A DNA stretch of 64,000 nucleotides, from contig CAWVJB010000011.1 in NCBI GenBank assembly GCA_963929525.1, positions 4,762-68,761 on the forward strand, given 5' to 3'. Position numbers and translations under genes: made by a program. Position 1 is the first letter of the stretch, and the number at the start of each line of letters is the position of its first letter. Origin of the DNA: Bacillota bacterium. Lineage in GTDB: Bacteria > Bacillota > Clostridia > TANB77 > CAG-508. The notes under the pieces are model-generated. The model saw only the letters and a list, made by a program, of their open reading frames with translations, did not search any database and was not told where the DNA came from. Below are positions 9,393 to 20,581 of the stretch, piece by piece.

Positions 9393-9463
9393 AGAAAAGC
9401 CACGAATTATTCTGATTTTGTAAGTAAAATAAAAAATACTCTAGAAAAAGAGTATCTTTATTT

Positions 9464-10012
9464 TTATAGTATACCACTTGTAGGAATATAAGTATCATCT
9501 GGAGGATATACATATTCTTCATTTGGTTTATCCACTGTTTTTATTTCTGTTACTTTTACAATTGGCATATTACCATGATAATTCCCTTTCGTAATTTCAC
9601 CTGTTAATTCCACCCATGTTTCATTTGCAAAATCTTGTGCATTCTCATATTCGCAAAGAAATCCCACAATCACATAGTGAAAATCAGATGAAATAATCAT
9701 ATCTCTTGCTAATATAAATTGTGTATCTGTTAAATCTAATACTCGATATACATATCCTGTAAATTGGATTTTTACACCAACATAATCATCTATATTTTCA
9801 TGAACTGCTTTCAAGACATTCGTATAGTTTTTTGGAGAAATGATAGAAACATCACTTTGAGGCATACAACTAGAGAGCATCCTATCATTTTTCGCACCAA
9901 CAAACAATTTGATACTAACAAAAATTAAAATAATAATAATTAATAATACAATTCCTGTAAAAAAGTATTTGAAAATTTTACTACCATTGACTTTAAAATT
10001 ATATATAAACAT
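9464..10012 (-). CDS. Membrane-anchored hypothetical protein, DUF1980/YcgQ-C-terminal-like
   Basis: N-terminal TM segment. The C-terminal region (FTGYVYR...FILARDMIISSDF...WVELTGEI...MPIVKV) resembles the TIGR03943/DUF1980 C-terminal domain but lacks the CC motif. Confidence 0.5.
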   Translation of the reverse strand: MFIYNFKVNGSKIFKYFFTGIVLLIIIILIFVSIKLFVGAKNDRMLSSCMPQSDVSIISPKNYTNVLKAVHENIDDYVGVKIQFTGYVYRVLDLTDTQFILARDMIISSDFHYVIVGFLCEYENAQDFANETWVELTGEITKGNYHGNMPIVKVTEIKTVDKPNEEYVYPPDDTYIPTSGIL

Positions 10013-10075
10013 AAAAAATCCTTTCTATCATAAGTTTTGCTATTTAAATATATGTATAAAAATCTCTATTATGCT

Positions 10076-10238
10076 AAAATTGCGATGATTTTGGGGATGA
10101 TTTTGGGGACGGAGCAAAAAATCATCATTTATTCTATAAAAAATCATATAAAAAGTCTTTATATAAATGATGATTTTTTGCTCCGTCCCCAAAATCACCC
10201 AAAATCACAAAATCACCCAAAATCATCGCAATTTTTAA
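10076..10238. repeat. Palindromic hairpin repeat, family A copy 2, with flanking 9-10-nt tandem units (gattttgggg / aaaatcaccc)
   Basis: Same core arms as 7409-7524. Outer pairing aaaattgcgatgatttt / aaaatcatcgcaatttt. Confidence 0.8.
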
Positions 10239-10300
10239 TAAATGCCTTTAAAGCACTTGATAAAAAAAGATTTTAGTGATATAGTAACAAAGTAAGAAAA

Positions 10301-10366
10301 GCGTGCGTTAGCGAAATCAAAGATTTCGACGCACAAATGTGAAGACTGCTACGCAGTACTTCACAA
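10301..10366. repeat. Double-hairpin repeat, family C copy 2
   Basis: Two hairpins: gtgcgt-tagcgaaatc-aaa-gatttcg-acgcac, then gtgaagactgc-tac-gcagtacttcac. The first hairpin recurs almost exactly at 24941-24970. Confidence 0.65.
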
Positions 10367-10475
10367 ATAGAAGAAGCTTAACCTTGTTGTATACGGAAAA
10401 ATCTCATATAGGGTCAAGATAAAAGCTGATTTTTCCTATACAATGAAAAAATAAACTTAGGAGGACCGATTAACA

Positions 10476-13187
10476 ATGGGATTATTTAAAACATATAGTG
10501 AGAAAGAAGTAAAGAGAGTAAAGCCATTAGTTTCTAAAATTAATGCACTTGAAGAAGAAATGGAAAAATTAAGTGATAGTGAATTAAGAGGTAAAACAGA
10601 ATATTTCAAAAAACAATTAGCAGATGGTAAAACTTTAGATGATATATTGCCAGAGGCTTATGCAGTCGTTAGAGAAGCTTCTAAAAGAGTTTTAGGCATG
10701 AGACACTTTGATGTACAATTAATTGGTGGTATTGTATTACACCAAGGTAGAATCGCAGAAATGAAAACAGGTGAAGGAAAAACATTGGTTGCTACATTAC
10801 CTGTATATCTAAATGCCCTTGAAGGAAAAGGCGTTCATGTTATTACTGTAAATGATTACTTGGCAAAAAGAGATAGTGAATGGATGGGAAAATTATATAA
10901 ATTTTTAGGACTATCTGTTGGTTTAGTAATTGCTGGTATGGAGCCTAAAGCAAAACAAGAAGCATACAATGCAGATGTAACATATGGTACCAATAATGAA
11001 TTTGGATTCGATTACTTAAGAGATAATATGGTTATTTACAAAGATCAATTGGTACAAAGAGGATTACATTATGCCATTGTCGATGAGATCGATAGTATTT
11101 TGATTGATGAAGCTAGAACACCATTGATTATTTCAGGTAGAGCAAATGAGTCATCTGATTTATATAAAAAAGCAGATAACTTTGTTACAAGATTAACACC
11201 AAAAGTAATTGTAGAAGAAGATGTAAAAGATTATGCACAAGCAGAAGATAATGAAAAATATGATTATATCGTAGATTTAAAAGCAAAATCTGCATCATTG
11301 ACACAAAAAGGTATCAAAAAAGCAGAAGAAGCATTTGGATTAGAAAATTTTAATGATTTAGAAAACTCAACATTAGTACACCATGTAAATCAAGCTTTAA
11401 GAGCACATGGGGTTATGAAAAAAGATATTGACTATATCGTAAAAGATGGAGAAGTATTAATTGTTGATGAATTTACAGGTCGTATCATGTATGGAAGAAG
11501 ATACAACAATGGATTACATCAAGCAATTGAAGCAAAAGAGCATGTAAAAATTGCAGATGAGTCAAAAACATTAGCAACTATCACATTCCAAAACTATTTT
11601 AGAATGTATGACAAATTATCTGGTATGACAGGTACAGCCATGACAGAAGAAGCAGAATTTGAGGAAATCTATAACTTAGATGTTGTTGAAATACCAACCA
11701 ATAAACCAATGATTCGTAAAGATGAAAATGATGTTATATATAAAAATGAAAATGCAAAATTTAGAGCAATTGTAAGAAGTATCAAAGAAAGTCATGAAAA
11801 AGGTCAACCAGTCCTAGTAGGTACAGTTTCTATTGAAAAATCTGAAAAATTAAGTAGATTATTAAAACAAGAAGGCATCAAACATGAAGTATTAAATGCG
11901 AAATATCATGAAAAAGAAGCAGAAATTGTTGCACAAGCTGGTAAGTTTGGAGCAGTAACGATTGCAACAAATATGGCAGGACGTGGTACTGATATTATTT
12001 TAGGTGGAAACAGTGAATTTTTGGCTAAAGAGGAAATGAGAAGAAAGAAAATATCTCATGAGCTAATTGAAGAAGCAAATACCTATTATGAAACAGATAA
12101 TGAAGATATTTTAAATGCTAGAAAACAATTTAAAGAATTAGTAGATAAATATGAAGAGCAAATTAAAGAAGAAAAGCAAAAAGTAATTGATGCTGGTGGA
12201 TTAAAAATTATAGGAACTGAAAGACATGAATCAAGAAGAATTGATAACCAGTTAAGAGGACGTTCTGGACGTCAAGGAGACATTGGTGAATCTAAATTCT
12301 ATATTGCTTTAGATGATGATTTAATGAAAATCTTTGGTGGAGATACTATTACAAAGGTATATAATTCTTTAGGCGCTGACGAGGATATGCCAATAGAATT
12401 AAAACTGATATCAAAAGCAGTTGAAAATGCACAAAAGAAAGTAGAAGGACGAAATTTTACCATTCGTAAAAATGTCTTAAAATATGATGATGTTATGAAT
12501 GCACAAAGAGAAATTATTTATGCACAAAGACGTGAAGTATTAAATGGTGAAAATATTCATGACAACATTATGGATATGGTACATGCTGTAGCAGAAGCTA
12601 CTGTTCAAATGTATGTAGAACCAGAAAACAATGAAGTAAATGTAGAAGCATTACATCAAGATATTTTAAACACTTATGGAATTGATATGTTAGCATATAT
12701 TAAAGAACATGTTTCTGAGCCTGAAAAAATTTCTGAAGAACTTATGAAACAAGCAAATGCAAAATATGTAGAAAAAGAGACTGAGATTGGTTCTGAAGAG
12801 ATGAGAGAACTTGAAAGAGTTGTTATGCTTAAAGTAGTAGACGAAAAATGGATGAACCATATAGACAGTATGGATGAATTAAAAAATGGTATTGGTCTTC
12901 GTGCTTATGGACAACAAGATCCTGTTGTAAAATACAGAATCGAAGGTATGGATATGTTTGATGAAATGATTTCAGACATTAAAGTAGATGTAACCAAAAT
13001 CTTAATGAATATTCGTCAGCAAGGTGAAGCAAAAAGACAAGAAACTGTAAAAATTACAGGTGCAGCATTAGAAGCTATTCATAGTGTGGATGGAGGAGCA
13101 AAAATCGGAACAAATGTTGATAGAACTGTTAGAAATGATGGTCCAAAAGTAGGAAGAAATGATCCATGTCCTTGCCGGAAGTGGTAA
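10476..13187 (+). CDS. secA: Preprotein translocase ATPase SecA; the zero frame ends prematurely just after a CGG codon
   Basis: 903-aa ORF with full-length SecA similarity ([53 protein letters not shown]). It ends ...[11 protein letters not shown] instead of the canonical [14 protein letters not shown] tail. Confidence 0.95.
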   Translation: MGLFKTYSEKEVKRVKPLVSKINALEEEMEKLSDSELRGKTEYFKKQLADGKTLDDILPEAYAVVREASKRVLGMRHFDVQLIGGIVLHQGRIAEMKTGEGKTLVATLPVYLNALEGKGVHVITVNDYLAKRDSEWMGKLYKFLGLSVGLVIAGMEPKAKQEAYNADVTYGTNNEFGFDYLRDNMVIYKDQLVQRGLHYAIVDEIDSILIDEARTPLIISGRANESSDLYKKADNFVTRLTPKVIVEEDVKDYAQAEDNEKYDYIVDLKAKSASLTQKGIKKAEEAFGLENFNDLENSTLVHHVNQALRAHGVMKKDIDYIVKDGEVLIVDEFTGRIMYGRRYNNGLHQAIEAKEHVKIADESKTLATITFQNYFRMYDKLSGMTGTAMTEEAEFEEIYNLDVVEIPTNKPMIRKDENDVIYKNENAKFRAIVRSIKESHEKGQPVLVGTVSIEKSEKLSRLLKQEGIKHEVLNAKYHEKEAEIVAQAGKFGAVTIATNMAGRGTDIILGGNSEFLAKEEMRRKKISHELIEEANTYYETDNEDILNARKQFKELVDKYEEQIKEEKQKVIDAGGLKIIGTERHESRRIDNQLRGRSGRQGDIGESKFYIALDDDLMKIFGGDTITKVYNSLGADEDMPIELKLISKAVENAQKKVEGRNFTIRKNVLKYDDVMNAQREIIYAQRREVLNGENIHDNIMDMVHAVAEATVQMYVEPENNEVNVEALHQDILNTYGIDMLAYIKEHVSEPEKISEELMKQANAKYVEKETEIGSEEMRELERVVMLKVVDEKWMNHIDSMDELKNGIGLRAYGQQDPVVKYRIEGMDMFDEMISDIKVDVTKILMNIRQQGEAKRQETVKITGAALEAIHSVDGGAKIGTNVDRTVRNDGPKVGRNDPCPCRKW

Positions 13188-13221
13188 AAAGTATAAAAAC
13201 TGTTGTGGTAAAAATGCTTAA
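13177..13221 (+). other. secA: SecA zinc-finger tail ([14 protein letters not shown]) encoded in the +1 frame
   Basis: gga agt ggt aaa aag tat aaa aac tgt tgt ggt aaa aat gct taa, read from 13177. The GGA overlaps the in-frame CGG at 13176-13178. Confidence 0.85.
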
Positions 13222-13362
13222 AACCCTTGAAAAATAAGGATTTAAAAAACGAAAAATTGAAAATTTTGTCCACATAAATTAAATCTTGTGGACAAATAAG
13301 AAGAAAAGCTTTATATATCAATAAAAACTGTGTGAACAAATTAATAGATAGATAATTATTAG

Positions 13363-13509
13363 ATGTCAGCATTTGATATGCTGGCATCTTTCCGTTTACT
13401 AATAATATTTGCTCAAGAATTAGCATGGGAAACAGAAGTATGGCTAGCAGAAATGCCAGACCATATGATTCATTTAAATGGAGATAAATTTATTGGACCT
13501 AGAGTCTAA
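13363..13509 (+). pseudogene. Short ORF, probably the 3' remnant of a lost gene (...[32 protein letters not shown])
   Basis: 48 codons, no SD, followed by an intact terminator. It lies at the left edge of the decayed island. Confidence 0.3.
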
Positions 13510-13518
13510 AAAAAATTA

Positions 13519-13551
13519 AATAAGTTAGATTAAATCTAGCTTATTTTTTTA
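13519..13551 (+). terminator. Rho-independent terminator
   Basis: Stem aataagttagat / atctagcttatt with loop taa, followed by a T7 run. Confidence 0.55.
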
Positions 13552-13573
13552 TGGTTAAAAGTGAGGTGATAAA

Positions 13574-13805
13574 ATGCCAAGAAGAAAAGAAATAACAAGA
13601 AATACAAAAAGAATTCCCTAAAGAGCAGGAATTAAAAGAAAAATTACAAAAACTAGACAAAATAAATGCAGAATTAAAAATAAATGACAATGATCACGAA
13701 ATGTTAGGGGATGAGCAAGAAGAAAAAAAGAAAAACAAACTAATAAAAAATCTCCAGAGCGTTGTTAATTTAAAGTTCTTATGGTATAATTTTCTTGAAA
13801 TATAA
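13574..13805 (+). pseudogene. Small mobile-element-type gene disrupted at an A-run (MPRRKEITRNTK | KEFPKEQELKEKLQKLDKINAELK...)
   Basis: Strong SD gtgaggtg. Frame 0 stops at 13619-13621. The +1 frame from 13611 continues to 13805. The break is at aaaaa (13606-13610). Confidence 0.4.
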
Positions 13806-13829
13806 AAATAAGTTGTGGAGAAATTTATA

Positions 13830-14120
13830 ATGTTTAAAAAGAAAGTAAAAATTGAATTATCTGATGAAGAACAAAGAATAATTTTATATGCATTAAACGA
13901 ATTAAGGACAGAATTAATACAAGAGAATAAGTACACAGATGTTGTTAATGAAGCTATAGGAAAATTAAAAAGTAAAATGAAAGCTGATAGATATGATCTT
14001 GGAGTTATAATAAATTCATTAGACAGAAAAAGAAAAAATGAACTTGCTAAAGGAAATGATACAGAACAGATAGGTTATTTGATTTTAAAGCTACTTAAAA
14101 TATATGAAACATTAAAATAG
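13830..14120 (+). CDS. Hypothetical small protein (96 aa), accessory-island type
   Basis: ATG at 13830 with SD gtggag at 9 nt. MFKKKVKIELSDEEQRIILYALNELRTELI... No family assigned. Confidence 0.5.
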   Translation: MFKKKVKIELSDEEQRIILYALNELRTELIQENKYTDVVNEAIGKLKSKMKADRYDLGVIINSLDRKRKNELAKGNDTEQIGYLILKLLKIYETLK

Positions 14121-14144
14121 CAACTGATATAGGAGATTCAAAAA

Positions 14145-14213
14145 ATGATAAATATTTTAGTTCACGGACTAGGTCAAACAAATATATGCAGAAGAACTTT
14201 CAAAAAGAGCTAA
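14145..14213 (+). pseudogene. Truncated N-terminal fragment of an alpha/beta-hydrolase-like gene (MINILVHGLGQT...)
   Basis: SD aggag. 22 codons then a stop, with no continuation recognisable. Confidence 0.3.
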
Positions 14214-14552
14214 TATTCTTCAGAAAAAAGAGATATGGGAATTTATAAGGTAATAGGTATAACCTCAAGAAAAAAAGCTTAAAAATAAAGGAGTGTAACC
14301 TAAATAAAAAGGGTGACACTTCTTTTTATATTAAAAGTTACAAAAGATAGAAATAAAAAATTAAGGAAGTAGTAATTATGAGGAAGATTAATCAGTCCAG
14401 TATAGTTACTAGCTCTCTAAAAAAAATCTTAAGCTATTTTTATGATTAAGAAAAGCAATATTTATGACAATTTTTTTCAAAATCATTGTTAAAAAGAGGG
14501 ATTTATGATATAAAATAAGGTAGCAATTTAATTATACAAGGAAGGAATTAAG

Positions 14553-15554
14553 ATGAAAGTAATAAGTTTATTTAGTGGTTGTGGAGGATTAGATTTAGGC
14601 TTTGAAAAAGCTGGATTTGAAATTCCAATTGCAAATGAATTTGATAAGAATATATGGAAAACATATGAAATTAATCATAAAAATACAAAATTAATAAAAG
14701 GCGATATTAGAAATATAAAAGAAGAAGATTTCCCAAATGATGTTGACGGAATAATCGGAGGACCACCTTGTCAATCTTGGTCAGAAGCTGGCTCTCTGAG
14801 AGGAATAGAGGATGAGAGAGGAAAACTATTTTATGATTATATTAGAATATTGAAATATGTAAAACCAAAATTTTTTTTAGCAGAAAATGTAAATGGCATG
14901 TTAGCTAATAGACATTCAGAGGCAGTTAATAATATTATAAAACTATTTGATGAAGCTGGATATGATGTTCAAATATATAAGGCTAACGCAAAAGATTATG
15001 GAGTGGCGCAAGAAAGAAAAAGGATATTCTTTATTGGCTTTAGAAAAGGTAGTAATTATAAATTTACTTTTCCAAAAGGTTCTACATTCGATGATAAGGA
15101 TAAAATAACATTAAAAGATATAATTTGGGATTTACAATATACAGCTGTACCCTCATTAGAAAAAAATAAACATAATTCAAATGCTATAAATAACAATGAA
15201 TATTTTATTGGTGCATATTCTCCTATGTTTATGAGTAGAAATAGAGTAAAAGCATGGAACGAACAAGCATTTACTGTACAAGCTTCAGGAAGACAATGCC
15301 AACTTCATCCTCAAGCACCTAAAATGATAAAATTTGGTAAAAATGATTGCAGATTTGTTGAAGGAAAAGAAAAATTATATAGAAGGATGACAGTAAGAGA
15401 AGTGGCTAGAGTTCAAGGTTTTCCTGATACTTTCAAGTTCGATTATACAAATACAGATGTTGGATATAAAATGATTGGAAATGCTGTACCAGTTAATTTA
15501 GCTTATGAGGTAGCTACAGCGATAAAAAATACTTTGGAAAATGGGAGAAATTAA
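14553..15554 (+). CDS. DNA (cytosine-5)-methyltransferase, M.HaeIII-like (predicted GGCC specificity)
   Basis: All C5-MTase motifs are present ([42 protein letters not shown]). The target-recognition region [17 protein letters not shown] and the overall sequence closely match my recollection of M.HaeIII. Confidence 0.92.
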   Translation: MKVISLFSGCGGLDLGFEKAGFEIPIANEFDKNIWKTYEINHKNTKLIKGDIRNIKEEDFPNDVDGIIGGPPCQSWSEAGSLRGIEDERGKLFYDYIRILKYVKPKFFLAENVNGMLANRHSEAVNNIIKLFDEAGYDVQIYKANAKDYGVAQERKRIFFIGFRKGSNYKFTFPKGSTFDDKDKITLKDIIWDLQYTAVPSLEKNKHNSNAINNNEYFIGAYSPMFMSRNRVKAWNEQAFTVQASGRQCQLHPQAPKMIKFGKNDCRFVEGKEKLYRRMTVREVARVQGFPDTFKFDYTNTDVGYKMIGNAVPVNLAYEVATAIKNTLENGRN

Positions 15555-16514
15555 ATGAGTGATAAAAGCAATAATCAAGGAAGAGCTTTTGAATATATAT
15601 GTTTAATTACATTTGAAAAAGAGATTAAAAAATATAGAGATGCAGAAATAGTATTAAATAGTTCTTTTGAAGCAGCATCAACTGCTTGGAAATCTATTGA
15701 TAAATCATTACAAACTAATTTAATTACAAGTGCTGAATCTATTGTGAAAACAATTTTTGATTTAGAACCAATGATTGTTGAAAAAGATGATGATAAGGTA
15801 GAATTATTAATACAACCTGATGTAATGGGAAAAGTTGGAGATGTAAGAGATATAGTTGCTATCAGAAAAGAAAGAAAATGGGAAATAGGATTTAGCGTTA
15901 AGCATAATCATTTTGCAGTAAAACATAGCAGATTGGCTAAAACACTTAATTTTGGTGAAAAATGGTATGACAAAAAATGTTCAAAACAATATTGGGATGA
16001 TGTTAAACCAATATTTGATTATCTATCTAAAGAAAAGGATAAGAAAACAACTTGGAAAGATTTACCTAACAAGGATTTAGATGTATATGTTCCATTATTA
16101 AATGCATTTATTGATGAAATAAAAAGGGCATATAAAGAATATCCAGAATTACCAAAAAAAATGGTTGAATATTTATTAGGTGCATTTGATTTTTATAAAA
16201 TAATAAGTATAGATAGTGATAAATTAACTCAAATACAAACATTTAATATGAAAGGTACATTAAATCAAAACAGTAAAAAAGAGGAAGCCAAAGTTAAGAT
16301 ACCATTAGTTAATTTACCTACTCGTTTAGTAGATATACAACTAAAACCAGGTACCACTAATAAAGTTGAACTATATTTAGATAATGGATGGCAATTTAGT
16401 TTTAGAATACATAATGCTTCTACTATTGTTGAGCCAAGTTTAAAATTTGATATTCAAATCGAAGGTATGCCAACATCAATTATTTCAATTAATTGCTATT
16501 GGATAATAAAATAG
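15555..16514 (+). CDS. Type II restriction endonuclease, HaeIII family (predicted)
   Basis: The ATG directly abuts the methylase stop codon. 319 aa. The N-terminus MSDKSNNQGRAFEYI resembles the HaeIII-family N-terminus. Assignment also rests on position next to the M.HaeIII-like gene. Confidence 0.7.
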   Translation: MSDKSNNQGRAFEYICLITFEKEIKKYRDAEIVLNSSFEAASTAWKSIDKSLQTNLITSAESIVKTIFDLEPMIVEKDDDKVELLIQPDVMGKVGDVRDIVAIRKERKWEIGFSVKHNHFAVKHSRLAKTLNFGEKWYDKKCSKQYWDDVKPIFDYLSKEKDKKTTWKDLPNKDLDVYVPLLNAFIDEIKRAYKEYPELPKKMVEYLLGAFDFYKIISIDSDKLTQIQTFNMKGTLNQNSKKEEAKVKIPLVNLPTRLVDIQLKPGTTNKVELYLDNGWQFSFRIHNASTIVEPSLKFDIQIEGMPTSIISINCYWIIK

Positions 16515-16649
16515 TATAAAAAAGAATTTGCAAGACTGATACATTGATGGGCTATCTTTTTAGCAGTTGATAATTCATATAGTAAAGCTAAGCTAGACTA
16601 TTGAGCAACAGATGAAACAATTTTTGGAAACTCTGGAAATATCAGTAGG

Positions 16650-17900
16650 GAGTAGGGGAATAGGCAATATTTTATATTTATATAAGAGATAAAAATAAAT
16701 TTAATACAATAAGATATTTTAAAAACATTTAAATAATTTAAAATTTTATTTAAGATTTTGAAATTAAGTTTTAAAAACTAAATTTATAAATCCAAACATA
16801 AATATTTTTAAAACGAACAAATGTTGTTTTCAAAAAAATATAAATAATTGAATTATTTTAGAAAATTTTTATAACTAAATTTTAGTAATATTTTTTTTAC
16901 AAGTTATAATTTTAATTAGTCTTTAAAATCAATTTTAAGCTAATGTTATTCTATAATATAGTTATTAATTGAATTTAAAAACAGCTTAAAACTTATTTTA
17001 ACGCGCCAATATTTTTAAGTAATTTATAATTAATATATAATGAAATTTCAAAAGAAAATATATAAAAGTAAAATTAGTTGTAATTTAAATCAATATAAAC
17101 TGATTTTAATTATAAACATGATTAACTTGTTTATTAAGATATTGCTAATTATTGATTTAAGTAGTTTTTATTAAATGAATATAAAAATTACTGAAGATTT
17201 TTAACTAAAATCAGCTAAATTATAGTAATACAAAAATAGCCAAAAAAGTGCAAAAAAATGACGCACGAGAATCGATTTTAAGCCGTTTTTATTTTTTAGA
17301 CATATAGTTTATTGTCTGCAAAATAAGGCAAATATGGAGAAATAGGCACTTTGCAGAATTTTGAAAAATTTTCATACAATTTAATATATAAAAATAAAAA
17401 ATATATAATAAGAAAAAATTATAGATATAAATTTTTTAAATATAATAAGCAAAATAATTTTAGCAATAAAATTATATAAGTAAAATAAAAAAATGTCTTA
17501 AAATTGATTTTAATAAGTCATAAGAATATTAATATAATAGTAATACAAACAACTTATAATAATAATGAATATAATATAGATATAATAAGAAAATAAAGAT
17601 ATCTAAATGAACTAATATGCAAAGTAGAGGTTTGTGGCTGTTTTATATATTACTCCTATTCCTTTTTGCACAAAACTTTGATTTTGTGCAATGTTATGTA
17701 TTTATAAAAATATCTTTTTTTTGTATTCTTCTACCATATCTTCTTCTCTTTCATCTAAAAAATATTTTTCATCTTAATGAACTTTTAAGAAATTTTGTTA
17801 ATCTAATTTTATTTTTCATCATTATTTATAATAAAAACTTTTTCCAAATTAAATTATTTATAGTAATACTTTTATTTCAGATATACATTTTTTATTAATT
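16650..17900. other. ORF-free stretch, extremely A+T-rich by eye compared with the flanking genes, at a convergent strand switch
   Basis: No credible ORF on either strand. Bracketed by an imperfect inverted motif: ggaataggcaatat (about 16655) and, on the reverse strand, ggaataggagtaatat (about 17660). The motif Nattttaa (c/tgattttaa) recurs about every 170-230 bp. Confidence 0.5.
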
Positions 17901-18048
17901 ATCAAAAATTAAAATTCAAATAAAAAATTATAGAGTTCATAAAAAGCAAATTTATTAAATTTTACGATTACCTTTCTTCCCTTTTCATTTCTAAGAAAAA
18001 ATAAAGAAGTAATTATTATTTTCTTTATACTTCTTTATTTTTATAATT

Positions 18049-19434
18049 TTATTTAAATCTTCTTAAATAAGAATCCATTTTTTCTATAAACTCTTTATTA
18101 TTTTTTGTTTTTGTCATTTCACTAATCACTTGTTCTGTAACTTCAGCAACAGGCATTGCATTCATTGCTTTTCTTAAAGCAAATACTGTTTCTCTTTCTG
18201 TAGGTGTTAATAATAAATCATCTCTTCTTGTTCCTGATTTATTAATATCAATCGCAGGAAATATTCTTCTTTCAGACAACTTTCTATCTAGGTGTACTTC
18301 CATATTACCTGTACCTTTAAATTCTTCAAATATAACATCATCCATTCTACTACCTGTATCAATTAAAGCTGTAGCTAAAATTGTTAGGCTTCCTCCATTT
18401 TCGATATTTCTTGCTGCTCCAAAGAATTTTTTAGGTTTATGTAATGCAGCTGGATCCATACCACCTGATAAAGTTCTTCCAGAAGAAGGAATAACAAGGT
18501 TATAGGCTCTTGTTAATCTAGTAATACTATCTAATAATATAACAACATCTTTACCTTGTTCAATTAATCTTTTTGCTCTTGCTAAAACCATTTCTGCAAC
18601 TTTTACATGATGTTCTGGTAATTCATCAAATGTTGAATGAATAACTTGACCTTTAATAGAACGTTTCATATCGGTTACTTCTTCTGGTCTTTCATCAATT
18701 AAAAGAACTATTAATTCTACTTCTGGATTATTTTGACTAATACTGTTTGCAACTTTTTTAAGAAGTGTTGTTTTTCCAACTTTTGGTGGAGCTACAATCA
18801 TTCCTCTTTGACCTTTTCCTATTGGGCACATTAAATCAATAATTCTAGTTGCATAATCATTTTGGACGGTTTCTAATTTTAATCTTTCATTTGGATAAAT
18901 TGGTATTAAATCATCAAATCTTTTTCTTTTTAACGCTTTTTCTGGGTGTTCACCATTTACTTCACCAACAAATATTAATGAAGGAAATTTTTCGCCTTCT
19001 CTAAATCTAGAAATACCTTTTATAATATCTCCAGTATCTAATCGAAATCTTCTGATTTGTACCATAGAGATATAGACGTCTTTTTCACTAGATAGATAGT
19101 TGTCTCCTCTTAAAAATCCATAACCATCTGGCATAATATCTAATATTCCTTCAACAATTTCATCTCCTTCATTTGTTAATTTATAATCGACAATAGGCTC
19201 TCCATTTTCATCATATTGTCTTTCTACAGGTTCTTTTTTTACTTCTTCATCAATTTCAATATTATCATCATCGATATTTTGTTCTTCTTGTTTAAACGTA
19301 GCTGTTGTTGCATCTAAAATTTGTTTTAATACTTCTATTATTTCTTCTTTTTTTAATTTTGAAATATTTTTAATATTATATTCTTTAGCTAATGATTTTA
19401 AATCAGCTAAGCTCATTGATTTTAAATCTAACAT
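18049..19434 (-). CDS. rho: Transcription termination factor Rho
   Basis: 461 aa. N-terminal Rho_N ([13 protein letters not shown]), an acidic insertion, an RNA-binding OB region, P-loop [11 protein letters not shown] and C-terminal [20 protein letters not shown]. Confidence 0.95.
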   Translation of the reverse strand: MLDLKSMSLADLKSLAKEYNIKNISKLKKEEIIEVLKQILDATTATFKQEEQNIDDDNIEIDEEVKKEPVERQYDENGEPIVDYKLTNEGDEIVEGILDIMPDGYGFLRGDNYLSSEKDVYISMVQIRRFRLDTGDIIKGISRFREGEKFPSLIFVGEVNGEHPEKALKRKRFDDLIPIYPNERLKLETVQNDYATRIIDLMCPIGKGQRGMIVAPPKVGKTTLLKKVANSISQNNPEVELIVLLIDERPEEVTDMKRSIKGQVIHSTFDELPEHHVKVAEMVLARAKRLIEQGKDVVILLDSITRLTRAYNLVIPSSGRTLSGGMDPAALHKPKKFFGAARNIENGGSLTILATALIDTGSRMDDVIFEEFKGTGNMEVHLDRKLSERRIFPAIDINKSGTRRDDLLLTPTERETVFALRKAMNAMPVAEVTEQVISEMTKTKNNKEFIEKMDSYLRRFK

Positions 19435-19570
19435 AAAACCTCCTAAATTTTATATTTTTTTAATATTTTAATATATGGGAATAAAACGAACTTAATACAA
19501 ATTATATTATATCATAAAAAATAAAAAAAATAAACAAAATTTTCCAAAAAAGGAATATAATCTTAAAAGA

Positions 19571-19846
19571 TTACATTCCTTGATCCATATATACCCTTTC
19601 ATTAGGGTAATACATATCCAATTTCTCTCTAGCCATTTCTTCAATAAATTCTAAAGAATTAACATTTTCTTTTTGTTGATTTAAATCATCATTTTCTGTT
19701 TTCTCAGAAGCTATTTGTTGAATTAATTTTTCTGTATCTTTACCATATTCATTTAATGTTTTTTGTTGATTGATAAATACAAATACAATATATATAATAA
19801 TTGCTATAATAATTATATTTCTATAAATTTTTTTATTTTTTTTCAT
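19571..19846 (-). CDS. divIC: Septum formation initiator family protein (DivIC/FtsB-like)
   Basis: 91 aa. N-terminal TM segment, coiled coil, conserved C-terminal IEEMAREKLDMYYPNE. Confidence 0.75.
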   Translation of the reverse strand: MKKNKKIYRNIIIIAIIIYIVFVFINQQKTLNEYGKDTEKLIQQIASEKTENDDLNQQKENVNSLEFIEEMAREKLDMYYPNERVYMDQGM

Positions 19847-19909
19847 AAGTATTCTCCATTATTAAAAGTTTTACACATATAATATTCTACATATTTTTGA
19901 AAAATCCTT

Positions 19910-20407
19910 TTAATTTTTAATTTTTTTTACAATTTTGTTCGATATTTTTGTTTTCTTTAAAAAAATTTTAAATTTTTTTGTAAAATATTTTCTAATATTG
20001 ATAATTATAAAAGATATAGGATTTAAAATTAATTTTTTAAAGATTTTAATGATAAAATTACAGGGAATTTTTAGTACATGAAGTAGTATATTTAAAACTT
20101 TTTTTACAAAATTTATAATATATAAACTAATATTTAATATAAATTTACTGACAAGTAGAAAATATGCAATAATGCCAATAGTTATTGCTAAAAACATAAA
20201 CAATCGAATTTCACCATTACTAAATACAAATGTAGAATACAATATAATAAAACCTGTTAAAATCCAAAATAAAATATCTTCAATATAAGTAATCAAATCA
20301 GAGGTCTTTATAGCTTTTCTTAATATTCTAAAAAAATCAAATAATAATCCAATTAATAAACCATTTATAATAAATATTAAGAATAGATGTAATTGTGTAT
20401 AAATCAT
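19910..20407 (-). CDS. yabQ: Spore cortex biosynthesis protein YabQ, with a Lys-rich C-terminal extension
   Basis: YabQ-like N-terminal ~90 aa (GLLIGLLFDFFRILRKAIK...IEDILFWI). Lies directly downstream of yabP. Confidence 0.75.
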   Translation of the reverse strand: MIYTQLHLFLIFIINGLLIGLLFDFFRILRKAIKTSDLITYIEDILFWILTGFIILYSTFVFSNGEIRLFMFLAITIGIIAYFLLVSKFILNISLYIINFVKKVLNILLHVLKIPCNFIIKIFKKLILNPISFIIINIRKYFTKKFKIFLKKTKISNKIVKKIKN

Positions 20408-20581
20408 TCATTTCTTGTATAATATAATAAAGTTTAAAATTAATATATTATACTTACCTTTCTCCATTAATTATTTTATTTTTATTTCTAAAAATTTTGG
20501 TTTAATGGTACCATTATATTCATAAAAATTTTTATCAAAAAAATATTGACAATTAATAGTTAATTTCCTCATTGTAAAGTT

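Noticed and set aside
9070-9463. Expected purine riboswitch or other leader upstream of guaA
   Set aside because: I looked for the conserved purine-riboswitch core (UAUAAU...GGAUAUGG...CUACC) on the minus strand and found nothing. Most of the interval is occupied by the family B palindrome.
7409-10238. CRISPR array formed by the recurring palindromic repeats
   Set aside because: The repeats are inverted rather than regularly spaced direct repeats. Only two to three dispersed copies of each are present, there are no uniform spacers, and no cas genes are in the window.
10037-10276. 79-aa plus-strand ORF (…PQNHPKSQNHPKSS…)
   Set aside because: It is entirely made of the family A palindrome and its tandem units, so the repeat structure explains the open frame.
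13079-13426. 115-aa minus-strand ORF overlapping the secA 3' end
   Set aside because: It is antisense to the secA tail and terminator region, with no SD and no recognisable family.
16980-17720. dif (XerC/D) site in the AT-rich convergent region
   Set aside because: The only loose resemblances (for example aatttataattaatatataatgaaattt and gcaatgttatgtattta) do not fit the 11-6-11 dif architecture or the conserved XerD arm.
17617-17898. 93-aa ORF in the AT-rich spacer
   Set aside because: It has F/L/I-rich low-complexity translation of T-rich DNA, with no SD and no homology signal.
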